A stretch of DNA of 64,000 nucleotides from Eledone cirrhosa (Eukaryota). Position numbers and translations under genes: made by a program. The notes beneath the pieces are model-generated. The model was not told the DNA's origin and searched no databases. It worked only from the letters and a program-made list of their open reading frames with translations. The DNA is taken from positions 195,672,001 to 195,736,000 of the forward strand of contig OZ024741.1 of assembly GCA_964016885.1 (NCBI GenBank). Reading direction: 5' to 3'. Below, piece after piece: positions 1-11,134 of the stretch; within the stretch, counting starts at the first letter, position 1, and every line of letters begins with the position of its first letter.

Positions 1-648
1 TATAAATTGGCTCAACTTATAATAGAATAGAATTAGAATTTAGCTATGAGCATAGCTGTATACAGATATGTATTGGAATTTCGTATTTCTAAAGAAATAC
101 ACTGATTAATTTTATTTGCATATGAAACTGTATAAGTTGACTCAACTTATAATAGAATAGGAGAATGCTTGAAGCTAACTTCTTGAAGCATTGTTGAATA
201 GGAAATATAAATTTAAATAAGTTTAAAAGCCTTAAATGCATTGAAAATTAAAGGTGCCAAGATAGCAATAGAATTTTACCGTAGCAAATTTAATTATCCC
301 AAATATTTTGGGGTTTAAAAACCCATTATCAAGAGAGGATCCGTGTGAAGGTCTTCAAAGATCAGTCGGAGATGGGTTGTTGTTTGGCTAGCAGATTTAA
401 ATTAAATGTAAGGAAAAGACATAAAAATTTCGAGCAGGCGAGTTGTGAAATGTGTGAGAATAAGTGTTTGATATAAACTTACACTCACGCCCACGCATAC
501 ATACATCATGCACATACTTTCATAAGTCTACCACTATGCACACTTACATTCACACACACATATGCACTTGATAGGTCCGACATTTACACAATCTGGTACA
601 CATCGTTATCTGGTGATTAATCCATGTGATCGTGGGTTATCCAGTGAA

Positions 649-890
649 CTATCCAGTGAGTAGATATGTTTGAAACAACACAAACAGAACATTTTTTGTG
701 TGTAAGCAGGAGGACAGTATTTCCTCCTGAGAGTTCAAGAATTTGTTTGATGAGGCTAGGATATTTAGTTTTTCAGTGGTACATAAGTGGCATCTCATGC
801 CTCGTCCATTGTAGGCTTTTGCCTTTGCCACAATACTCCACTTGGTGGTAGGGTTGTCAACCCACTGTCTTTCAATTGCCAAATATATTT
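649..890 (-). mobile_element. Penelope-like element relic, C-terminal part of the GIY-YIG endonuclease region
   Basis: Translation KWSIVAKAKAYNGRGMRCHLCTTEKLNIL...FLNSQEEILSSCLH fits the Penelope-type terminal pattern W-x-I...Y...C-x-LC-xx-EK...LN...E...CxH. It parallels the copy at 12290-12435. Confidence 0.75.
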
Positions 891-1619
891 TGACAGAGAT
901 ATTGAATTCTGTAATCATCAGTTGTTGAATGTATACAGATGTTGAGAAAAGTAAGATTTAAATGTATTTCCAGTAAGTCTAAAAACTACATTGCGCTTCT
1001 TCTCTCATATAGATTTTGCTTTTATCTCTTCAAATTAGATTTTAAAAAAAAGAAAAACCAATAATAAGTTGTCTTTATACATTTATGTATCATTTGTCAT
1101 AGACTTGAATTTATATATTTATATGTTCGTCTTAGACTTGATTTTTTTCTCACTTACTGTTTTTCTAGAAAGACATCAGTATGTATGTACAGACCCGTAA
1201 CTTCTTGATCTCAGCAGAATTTGAACACAGAAAGATTGGAAAAAGTAATAAAAATATTAAAAATAAAAAACGGTGCTGAAAATAGCTTGCCTTTGGAAGC
1301 AAAGGGACCTACTTTTGCGTCTTCACTCAAGTTTGGACTGAATCTCCCTGCACAGATATTCACCTGTTTTACGTCCAGCTAAAGAATATAGTGAGTCTCT
1401 CACACACAATCATAGCACTCATGAACATGCACAGCCACACGGTACCACTTCCTGATGCAAGAGAGTGTGAAAGAGCCACTAACTGCTGATGTCACATCAC
1501 AGGCCCCTTGCTTCCAGCAAGACTTCCACTGCACTTCCGGGACCATAGCCTCACCTAAACAAAAAAGTTAGTCAAAGAAGCTGGCCAAAAATTTTCCCGA
1601 AAGAAATTATATTGAATGT

Positions 1620-2460
1620 GAAGAAAGCCTGGCTGGAAGCGCCACAGGATGCGGAAAGGGGATAGCTGCAGTGCGTCGGCTGAGTGACTTAGAGTTGGGT
1701 AGGACCCTGTTCCTGAACAGGAAAGTCAACTCTGATGTTACCAGACAGTGTGTCCAGAAAGTGGCTGGAAGTTGCGGTAGTTGTCAGTTTGTCAACCCTG
1801 CCCCAAGCATGCACGAGATAGGTAACATCCCAGTGGAGCACAACTGGAAATGATTGGCAGTGGCTGTGACACATTTCCGACAGGGGACGTATCTCTTGAT
1901 AGTCAATTGTGGACTGGGGTGGATGGCAATATGGAGTGAGATGAAGATGGGGACTATGTGGGAAATCACACCTGTCGCTTAAAGAGATATTCTTGGAGCG
2001 GGGTCCTGTGGATGAACTGTTGATGGACGGCGTTTCACTGAAGGTCCTGAAGAGATGCTCGATGGGTGGAATGTGAGTCGCTTTTTCAGAGTGGTACAGG
2101 CTGAGTGGAAATGGAATCGTAAAGAGACACCATCACACGATCAAGGCCATGGCGGAGAGGGGACACATTTCACCAATGGAGGTGGTGTTCTGGTACAATA
2201 TGTCTACTTGGGTGGGACAAGCTGAGGAGTCGGTACCACATAGGATGATATATAAATATGATTGGCGACACCCATGCATGTTAATACAACAACCTGTGGA
2301 AGAGAGAGAATGCGTTCATACAAGTGGGAGAAGAAGTCTGGATGAATCCCCCGAATTCAATGGGGAAATAGAACGGTAACAGCTGTAAATTCCTGAAACA
2401 ACGTGTCTGTCGACAGAATTCCGCATCACGTCTTGGATGTCCGTAGAGTCGTTGATGGAC
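1620..2460 (+). mobile_element. Degenerate LTR-retrotransposon (Gypsy-like) integrase fragment
   Basis: Frameshifted pieces read LGRTLFL...VAGSCGSCQ (zinc-finger half), W*LAVAVTH, FLERGPVDELLMD and GNGIVKRHHHTIKAMAER (rve core, normally NGxVERxxRTIK). Several stops and frameshifts. Confidence 0.75.
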
Positions 2461-3807
2461 TTCGGAAAAAGGATTTAGCAGAATGGTTCTTTAGAATAAT
2501 CTTTTTGGATGTTCACTGTATTTCATATTGGTGTAGATAGGATCCGAAATAGATAATGCATTAAGGCTCCGTGTTTGATGTTGGTAGTCCATGCGGAAGG
2601 ATAAAAGGAAAACGCTGCGAGGATATATTTTTTTTATTAAAATATTTATTTTTTTCTTAAAATATTACAATAAGATGCTAGGCGCCGTTGTGGCATATAT
2701 CTAGGTAAGATATTACTGGGCCCTTGCCGAGAGGGCCAAAGTTCCTTGGTAAATGTTTCATCTTGCCAGTTGCTTCGGGGAATGGATTTAGTAACGTCCT
2801 GCTTGTATGAAGAAGCTGCAATTGTTTAAATAAAAAAAAAGAAGCGTGAATTTTTTAGCTGGGCAGAAGTCATTTCCCAGTATTACTACGCCGCCGACTT
2901 ACCAAGTGCAACCCAATTGTTCCGCCGTGGTAAGTAATGCCTTTGCTTACAAGGAGAACGAAAGTGCTGCCCCGACTGTGCGGAAATCGCAACGTGAATG
3001 CTGTTCACCCAGGTATGTAATGGCCTTTGATATGGAGTGATATCATAGGCTGATTGATCCTTGAGATCAGGGGAGCTTGTGGGGCTAGGATACCAGAAGT
3101 ACAGGGGAGGTCTTGCTGGAAGGGAGGGGCAATGACCTGACATCAGCGGTTTGCGGGTTTTTTGCGCTATCATGCATCAGGAACCGGTATCATGTGGATG
3201 TGCATATTCATGAGTGCTATGATTGTGTGTATGAGACTCACTATATTCTTTGGCCAGACGTAGGGAGATTCGGCCCGGACTCGAGTGGAGATGCAAAAGT
3301 ATATTCCTTTGCTTCCTATGACAGTTTATTTTCTTTTTTCTTATTTTGAGAAGAAAAGTTAGTAAAGTCAAGATTTCAGGACATTTTTTTTCCCCAATGA
3401 CCCTACTTTGTAAATCTAAAGTGTGTGAGGACATTGCCTGCCAGTGACTGTCCCACTTAGAATATCTCAAATCAGACTATACAAGATGCAATTCTATCCG
3501 CTGTGGCCATGAGGCAAATCCACCAGAGGCTCTACACTTCGAAGACAGAATGAGTGAAGAAATGAACGTGACAACGTTTCATTCAGGGTTGCAAACTTCA
3601 AATGAAATTTGTACGAAAAATAGAAACGAGGTATCTAACTTCCAACCGTATTCAAATTGTTTTGCTGAGATAGGGGTGGGATTTTGTTTGAGAAGAGAGT
3701 TCAGTTTCTTTCGTGCACTGTTGGAAAACATTCTGTGAAGCGGGCGGAACCGTCTGCTTACTCAACTGGTCATAAATATTAATGTAGCTGTGTTAAGGTT
3801 TGATAAG

Positions 3808-3860
3808 TACTCTCGGGTCTCGAATAATCGTCCCTACCCCGCTTACTAATTATTCGGACC
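3808..3860 (+). mobile_element. Possible DNA-transposon terminal sequence
   Basis: TACTCTCGGGTCTCGAATAATCGTCCCTACCCCGCTTACTAATT resembles termini of TA-targeting Tc1/mariner/pogo-type elements. No partner terminal repeat located. Confidence 0.3.
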
Positions 3861-4085
3861 CCCTCCCACTCATACACATGCTCTTATTCCACCCTCATCC
3901 CAACCCAGCCGCTTTTTAAATTTTGCTAATCTATCTCCGGCGAAATTTTATTTTAAGTAGTAGTATTCCTGCGATAATTAATTTTTTTAGACATTAAAAA
4001 ACATTATACATAACAAAAAAAGAACATTACAAGAAATCCCATGTGTTATAAAATAAATAAGATGGGTTGGGGGTCTCAATATGTA

Positions 4086-4268
4086 AGTGGATTGGCAGTA
4101 TCGGTAGAGGGTCGGACGCCATGCTTTCCAGCATAGTTACGTCCCTTTACGATCTGAGTTCAAATCCCGCCGAGGTTGACTTTGCCTTTCATCCTTACGG
4201 GGTCGATAAAATAAAGTACCAGTAATGAACTGAGTAATTGCTGGCCTTGTGCCTAAAGTAGAAACAAA
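4086..4268 (+). mobile_element. tRNA-derived SINE, family 1 (Nin/Deu-like central domain)
   Basis: A-box-like TGGCAGTATCGG, B-box GAGTTCAAATCC, then GTTGACTTTGCCTTTCATCCTTACGGGGTCGATAAAATAAAGTACCAG. At least six copies in the window. Confidence 0.85.
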
Positions 4269-4580
4269 TATGTAAACTAAACGACTAACTCAAGGGAGAC
4301 AACGTAGAAAAGAATTATCGATTCCATCTATCTACTCGCCTATTTTGAACTCGAGAGAAACACTAAATGTTTTTATTAGCTAGATGACACGAAAATTAAC
4401 CAGAAAATGAAACTAAATTGGCAACTCTGCTTTTATTGGTTGATTTATAATTTCTACTGACTCATATCCTGGTATATTGTTTTACTATCATCTTTTTATA
4501 ACAAAATTGAATTGTTATTAAATATATACATAAATAACATTACAAATTGCTCACAATTCTTTCAGAATAACATTACAGAT
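4268..4580 (+). repeat. ~315-bp dispersed direct repeat, copy 1 (copy 2 at 18717-19032)
   Basis: AATATGTAAACTAAACGACTAACTCAA...CAGAATAACATTACAGAT is near-identical at both positions. Confidence 0.9.
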
Positions 4581-4967
4581 ATATAAACACATAACAAATA
4601 CAATTAACCATTGCAAGTTACCTTATTAAAACAACGTACCAAATATATGACCAGAGCGTGAGAAAGAAAACAAAATTAAAATAGATTTTTAAAAAAGGGG
4701 AAAGTACGAAAACAAAAACGACCATAGACCACCACTTTCACAATCAGCCAGACATCACTATTCTAATAATTAGTCGGAAACAAAGTGATACAAGAATTCA
4801 AGTAGTCTATAACTTTATTTTCGACGATGTTTAAATTTCCCAACAGTATCAACAATCAAGCCACGACAGTAACAAATCCAGTAAGTTGTTATTACTATCA
4901 ATACTATTATTGTTTCGTCTGCTTGTTGTATCACGCATACTCCTCGTGTCACTTCATTATACATTTT

Positions 4968-5100
4968 AAAGTCAACCTCGGCGGCACTGAGTTCAAATCC
5001 CGCCGAGGTTGACTTTGCCTTTCATCCTTACGGGGTCGATAAAATAAAGTACTAGTAATGCACTGGGTAATTGCTGGCCTTGTGCCTAAAGTAGAAACAA
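4968..5100 (+). mobile_element. 5'-truncated SINE family 1 copy with a short inverted 5' segment and target-site duplication
   Basis: AAAGTCAACCTCGGCGG is the reverse complement of the internal CCGCCGAGGTTGACTTT. ATTATACATTTTAAA flanks both sides. Confidence 0.8.
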
Positions 5101-5600
5101 TTATACATTTTAAATAAATTTACCTAAATTTATCTACATTTTAAATAAATTTACCTAAACAACAATATTTGTATTTTCAGTTTAAACATTTCTAGTAACT
5201 TTCTGTTAATTTTAAAACAAACTTCCTGACCCAGGTTATGGTTTCTAATCTAGGGCATAGCAAGTAATTTTCAAAGGAGCTGAAATATGAAAGGCAAAAT
5301 CGCTTTCAGAACGTAAATAGCCGTAACAAATACTAAATATTTCGTCCAATGCATACATTTTCTTGCAGAATTGCCATTTTGGACAATTTCACAAATCGCC
5401 CACTCCTCACCCACTCTACCTTGAAAAGCCTTAGGTTTAGGGTTAAGGTTTCCGTTTTCCAGAAAAACAAATTTATGATCTGTATGATCGACTTAGATAT
5501 GAAGCGAAGCAAAGTTGGTAAGTGTTGTGTATAGTTTAAAATTTATTTACAGTTGTATAAATATACTAATACAGTACGAAATGAAGTATAATAATATTAT

Positions 5601-5632
5601 AAACTAGCAGTGTATCGCGGCGTTGCACGGGT
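5601..5632 (-). mobile_element. Helitron-like 3' terminus
   Basis: Reverse complement reads CCCGTGCAACGCCGCGATACACTGCTAGTT: GC-rich subterminal hairpin followed by CTAG|T. Similar to the terminus at 16363-16390. Confidence 0.55.
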
Positions 5633-6345
5633 AAGAACATTGGCTATAGCACCTCCAATGAGAAACGTTTATTTGTGAGTGCCTGTTAAAAACTCAGGAA
5701 AATATACCGACAGGAAACTTGTTTTATTTGGAGAAAATTAAGAAGTTGAAAGTACAGTTTAGCCGTCTACGTGCATTGTTCATAGAAATATTGTTGAGCC
5801 CCTTCTTTTCATACTCCTCTGTTTTGGCCTTTTGGAGTAAATGTGAAAGAGAAAGTCACAGGTTAAGTTGGCAGAAGGTTCCAGTGTCATAGCAGTAAGG
5901 CCTAGGCTACTTACCTCAAAAGTTCATTCGCACACTTTCCACTAAGCTACTCTTTCTCTCTATCCCTCTCGGTGCAGTCCCTTGCGAATTTCTCTCGTAG
6001 GCCTGGTGTAGATTTGCACCCGATCCATCTACCCGATGCACATGTCCGCTTTGAACAGCTTTTGGAGGAAGGAGTGACCAGCAGTACGTTGTTCAGTATT
6101 ATTACGAAAAGGTGTAGCAGAGAATCCCGCGTGAACTAACAGCTCGGGAGGAAACTGCTTGCCTCGAAGATTCATTCGCCATCGTTCTTGTCAACGCTCC
6201 GTTTACTTGGTATTTGTTGGTCTACAGTTAGATGAATGGCGCACAAAGGGTTAATGTTTATTGGCAAGAAGATTTTGAATAATAAAAGACGGGTTGAAGC
6301 GACCTACAATGTATTTGTGTGTGTGTGTGTGTATATATATATATG

Positions 6346-8185
6346 CCGGTGTACTTAGTGTCACGAATGACCAGAAAAAGGAGGCCTGGAAATGTCATTA
6401 TGAGAGACTGATGAATGTGGAGAACGAATGGGAGAGAGAGAAATTACCCTTGGTAGATCCGACAGAGGGACCAGCTATTGAGATTGACGAATATAGGGTC
6501 CAAGAGGCGATTAGGGAAATGAAAAATGGTAAGGCGGCCGGACCATCGGGAATAGTTGCTGAGATGCTGAAGGCATCAGGGGACGTAGGCACTAAACTGG
6601 TTGCACGCATCATCAATCAGGCTATATATGGTGGTGTCATACCCAAAGACTGGTGCAGCAGTATTCTCATAAATTGCTACAAAGGTAAAGGGGATGCTTT
6701 GGAGAGGAGCAATTATAGGGGTATAAAACTGATAGATCAGGTTATGAAAGTGGCAGAAAGGATTTTAGCACAACTAATTAGAGAAAGGGTCAAACTAGAT
6801 GAGATGCAGTTTGGTTTTGTGCCTGGGAAGAGTACAACAGATGCCCTCTTCTTGGTGAGACAAATGCAAGAGAGGTTCTTAGAGAAGAATAAGCCACTAT
6901 ACTTAGCCTTTGTTGACCTAGAGAAGGCCTTTGATAGGGTACCCCGATCTGTCATCTGGTGGTCCCTAAGGAAGCTAGGTGTTGAGGAATGGCTTGTGAG
7001 GACAGTGCAAACTTTGTACAGAGGTACTCTCAGTAAAGTCAGGGTAGGAATGGAGTTTAGTGAGGAATTCCAGATACAAGTAGGAGTACATCAGGGTTCG
7101 GTCCTCAGCCCGCTCTTGTTCATTATAGTCCTCCAAGCCATAACAGAGGAGTTTAAGACTGGCTGTCCATAGGAACTTCTCTATGCTAACGATCTGGCTC
7201 TTATAGCAGAATCAGTAGAGGAGCTAGAGAATAAATTCCGGCTATGGAAACAGCAGTTGGAAGCAAGAGGACTGAGAGTAAATCTAGCTAAGACAAAAGT
7301 GTTGATGAGTAGAAAAGAGGACAAAACCCTGATTCCGTCAGGGAAATGGCCATGTTCGATATGCAGAAAAGGAACTGGCATAAATTCTATAAAATGCACA
7401 CAATGCAGGTCCTGGGTACACAAGAGATGTAGCGGGATAGCAGACAAACTAACAGGTAGGGAGAAATATGTATGCAGTAGATGTACAGGGAAATTAGACA
7501 GAAGAAGTCGCACTGATAGACACATTTTTCAAATGCAAGAGGGCGCTATAGAAGTGGTGGATAGCTTCCGGTACCTAGGAGATCAGATTAGCATGGGAGG
7601 AGGGTGTTCCGAGGCCATAGTATCTAGAATAAGGACGGGTTGGAAGAAGTTTAGGGAGCTGCTTCCTCTGTTGACGAAGAAGGGTTTCTCCCTGCGTACG
7701 AAAGGCCGGTTGTATGATGCCTGTGTGAGGAGCGCGATGCTGCATGGTAGTGAGACATGGGCAGCAACCGCAGAGGATATGCGACGGCTGGAGAGAAATG
7801 AGGCAAGCATGCTCCGTTGGATGTGCATTGTAAATGTGCGTGAACGACCCAGCATAAATGTGTTGAGAGAGAAACTGTGTCTGAGAGGGATAGAATGTAG
7901 TGTACGGGAGAGGAGACTGAGGTGGTATGGACATGTGATGCGCATGGAGGATGATCGATAGGTGAAGAAGTGCCAGGAAATGCCAGTTGAAGGAAGACGT
8001 GGTAGAGGTAGACCACGAAAAACATGGGCGGAGGTGGTGAGAACAGACCTCAGATCATTGAAGCTCACGGTGGAGATGATGAGGGACCGTGACGAGTGGA
8101 GAGATGCTGTGCTGAATAAGACCCGTCCCACCCTTGCAAGCAGGGAAAAGCGGACGTAAAATGATGATGATGATAATGATGATGA
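6346..8185 (+). mobile_element. RTE-clade LINE (subfamily A), 5'-truncated; RT reading frame broken by two TAG stops
   Basis: ORFs 6294-7172, 7257-7961 and 7962-8159 share one frame: GKAAGPSG, NYRGIKL, QFGFVPGKSTTDA, FVDLEKAFDRV, GVHQGSVLSP, YAND (for YADD), FRYLG, RLRWYGHVMR, RGRPRKTW. Ends in an (ATG)n tail; both ends lie in (TA)n. Confidence 0.95.
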
Positions 8186-9208
8186 TATATATATAATTAA
8201 TACAATAACAGAGATAGTTTAAAGCTAAACTCTGACTGGTAACCATCTCACTCAACAAACATTAGGTTATATTAAAATATAAACCCAATTTAAGTGTTTG
8301 GGGTGCTAACAATATGTATAATGTGGAAAAACCAGTTGTATTATTTTATGAGATATAATTAAAGTTAAAGTATATCTCTCTTTCCAAACAATTGTTTCAT
8401 TATAAGTTTTCTACAAGTTTGGGAGAATGTTTCCAGTTTATGTAGAAGCCTAATATATATTCATGTAAGAATATATTTAGGTGGGCACTTATAAATCATC
8501 AGTGGAAGCCCATTAAACATTGATATAAGAAAACAATTTCTTACCGCTGTCAAAAATCATGTCCGTAAAGTTGGTCTCTCTCACCTGAATGACCGCTAAA
8601 TTTGAAATTCCAGCAGTTTTTTACTGAGGAAGTATCATAGCGACACGAAGCGGGAAGGGGAGACAACTCACGAAATGAAAAAAAATAATAATATACACGC
8701 GGGTTAATTAGTTTTTTTGAGAAAACATTATCAATCCAACATGTTTAAGAACTCAATTGAAAATAAAAAAATAAATATATGCTTGTATAAATTACACACG
8801 CATATAGATATTTTCTTAGGCTAAATCAGAAGTTGTACCCGAATAAGAACCGCTTCTCATAACCGCAGTAAATGCAGAAAGTTATGCTATAAAGGGAAAA
8901 TGGGAATATATATATACGATATTAATAAATGGAAACTATATTTATAAAACCATATTTATTTCATTATACATATTTCAGGGATACCAAATTAAATTATGGT
9001 ATGCCTTCATCAGACAAAATACAATATATAACAGTTTTACAAATAAGCGTTGACGTACCCTATTAAAATACAACCATTGTTTTTGGAAGTTATCCGGATA
9101 GTGATTTGTTTATATTACTTTAATAAGTCATAGTGTTAAGGACAATTAGAAAAAGACGGAGAGAAAGAAAGAGCGTGGAGAAATATCGGAGAGAGAGAGA
9201 TGCATGGA

Positions 9209-9553
9209 GCACATGGTACTCAGCAAGGGAGATAACCTCTATATTAGCGAAAGAATTCGGGGATGTGCAAATTATGTAAGAATACAAAATATCACATATC
9301 GAATCAGAGTGCTCAACAGACATGTTAAAATAAACAGGAGCTATTCATCAGTCAATAAGATCGACAAAAAAATAATCAATAAAATTAACTGGTCAATAGC
9401 TAAGGTCTAGAGCTAAATATAGTAGAATAATCGAGAATCGGAATGTCACCCCACGAAATCACGATAAACAATATCAGACATGTGTGGTAATTTGCACATC
9501 CCCGAATTCTTTCGCTAATATAGAGGTTATCTCCCTTGCTGAGTACCATGTGC
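9209..9553. repeat. 66-bp inverted repeat (9209-9274 / 9488-9553)
   Basis: GCACATGGTACTCAGCAAGGGAGATAACCTC...GGATGTGCAAATTA and its reverse complement, with no mismatch seen. Spacer 213 bp. Confidence 0.9.
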
Positions 9554-10387
9554 GTTTTTGGCTATAGGTCCCCTCTTTATTGTCGGACGAAAACCCGTTG
9601 AGAAAACTGTTCCGCGTCCACCCCTTCTCTAGAAGTCTTATATATTTTTTATGTGGGCTGATAGTGATTGGATTAAGGAATTGCAGAAACCCAAGAAGCT
9701 AGATTTAACACCCTTCTAGCGGGTCCGGGTGAGTTTTTTACATTCATTTAATTTATTCATTTATTGATATTTTATTTGAGTGACCCGAATCTTCCTGGTC
9801 GTTCTTTTTCGGCTGCACGGGTGATTTTAGGCATAATCTCTATGTGTTGGTAATTTAACGATGGTTATAGCTCTGATTTATCCAAATTATTGAGCCCTCT
9901 GCCATATATATATATATATTATATATTTAGGATATTAGTATCAGTGTATATATATTATCAAGAATGACAATAAATGCAGGTGAGTGTTGTGACATGGTTT
10001 TACTTCATAGAAGTCAAATAAATTAATATAAATAATTGTTACCACATGTTGATGGTTAGTTGGTCACAACTCCCAGACTGGAGTGTGTGGAGAAGAACAG
10101 AAATCTTCTCTTGGTAAGGTTCAAGTGTTTCTTTAGGCTGCCGGTGTTCTTCTTGTTGCGGGTGAAGGAAGTGAGACAGGAGTCATCTCTTGACAAGGTC
10201 TCAGGTGTTCTTCTTGTCCCTTCGAAGTTCAGGATGCGAGAGAGTTATGCCTTGATTGTCCTCAAATATATAGTCCCCAGGGGGACGCAACTCCATTTAG
10301 TACATGGATCTGCCACTGAGAATCGCAACTGTCACAAAGGGACGCAACTCCTATACGTGCTGAGTTACAGCCGTAAGGGGCCGCTAC

Positions 10388-10731
10388 ATCATCATTCATC
10401 ATCATTTCATTTTACGTCCGCTTTTCCCTGCTTGCAAGGGTGGGACGGGAACTGATTCTGGCTTGATTTCTACAGCTGGATGCCCTTCCTAACACCAACC
10501 TCATTTACAGTGAGTGCTGGGTGCTTTTTTGCCGTGTCACCTCCACGACCACTTTGCAGTGGAATGATAGGGACCCCAGTCCCTATCATCTCATTTCTAC
10601 AGCTGAGTAAACTGGAGCAATGTGAAATAAAGTGTCTTGCTCAAGGAAACAACACATCACCCGGTCTGAAAATTGAACTCACAACCTTTTGATTGCAAGG
10701 CCAATGCTCTAACCACTAAGCCATGTGCCTC
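10388..10731 (-). mobile_element. tRNA-derived CORE-type SINE, family 2, full length
   Basis: Reverse complement of the copy at 10759-11103 with a few substitutions. Confidence 0.9.
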
Positions 10732-10758
10732 CAATATATATATATATATACACACACA

Positions 10759-11103
10759 GAGGCACATGGCTTAGTGGTTAGAGCATTGGCCTTGCAATCG
10801 AAAGGTTGTGAGTTCAATTCTCAGACCGGGTGATGAGTTGTTTCCTTGAGCAAGACACTTTATTTCACATCGCTCCAGTTTACTCAGCTGTAGAAATGAG
10901 ATGATAGGGACTGGGGTCCATATCATTCCACTGCAAAGTGGTCGTGGAGGTGCCACGGCAAAAAAGCACCCAACACTCACTGTAAATGAGGTTGGTGTTA
11001 GGAAGGGCATCCAGCTGTAGAAATCAAGCCAGAATCAGTTCCCGTCCCACCCTTGCAAGCAGGGAAAAGCGGACGTAAAATGAAATGATGATGAATGATG
11101 ATG
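10759..11103 (+). mobile_element. tRNA-derived CORE-type SINE, family 2, full length, with RTE-derived 3' end
   Basis: A-box TGGCTTAGTGG, B-box GAGTTCAATTC, CORE-like CCTTGAGCAAGACACTT...CTCCAGTTTACTCAGCTGTAGAAATGAG. The 3' end CGTCCCACCCTTGCAAGCAGGGAAAAGCGGACGTAAAATG matches the RTE end at ~8123-8163. Confidence 0.9.
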
Positions 11104-11134
11104 ACACAGATACATATATATATATATATATACC

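Noticed and set aside
3360-3790. Promoter or first exon (GGGCGG at ~3742, non-repetitive sequence)
   Set aside because: A single GC box with no supportable exon structure; needs transcript data.
9988-10336. Solo LTR bounded by TGTGACA...TGTCACA
   Set aside because: Terminal inverted 7-mers are present, but there is no target-site duplication or second copy in the window.
10759-10830. tRNA gene
   Set aside because: A and B boxes are present but no complete cloverleaf; it is the head of a multi-copy SINE.
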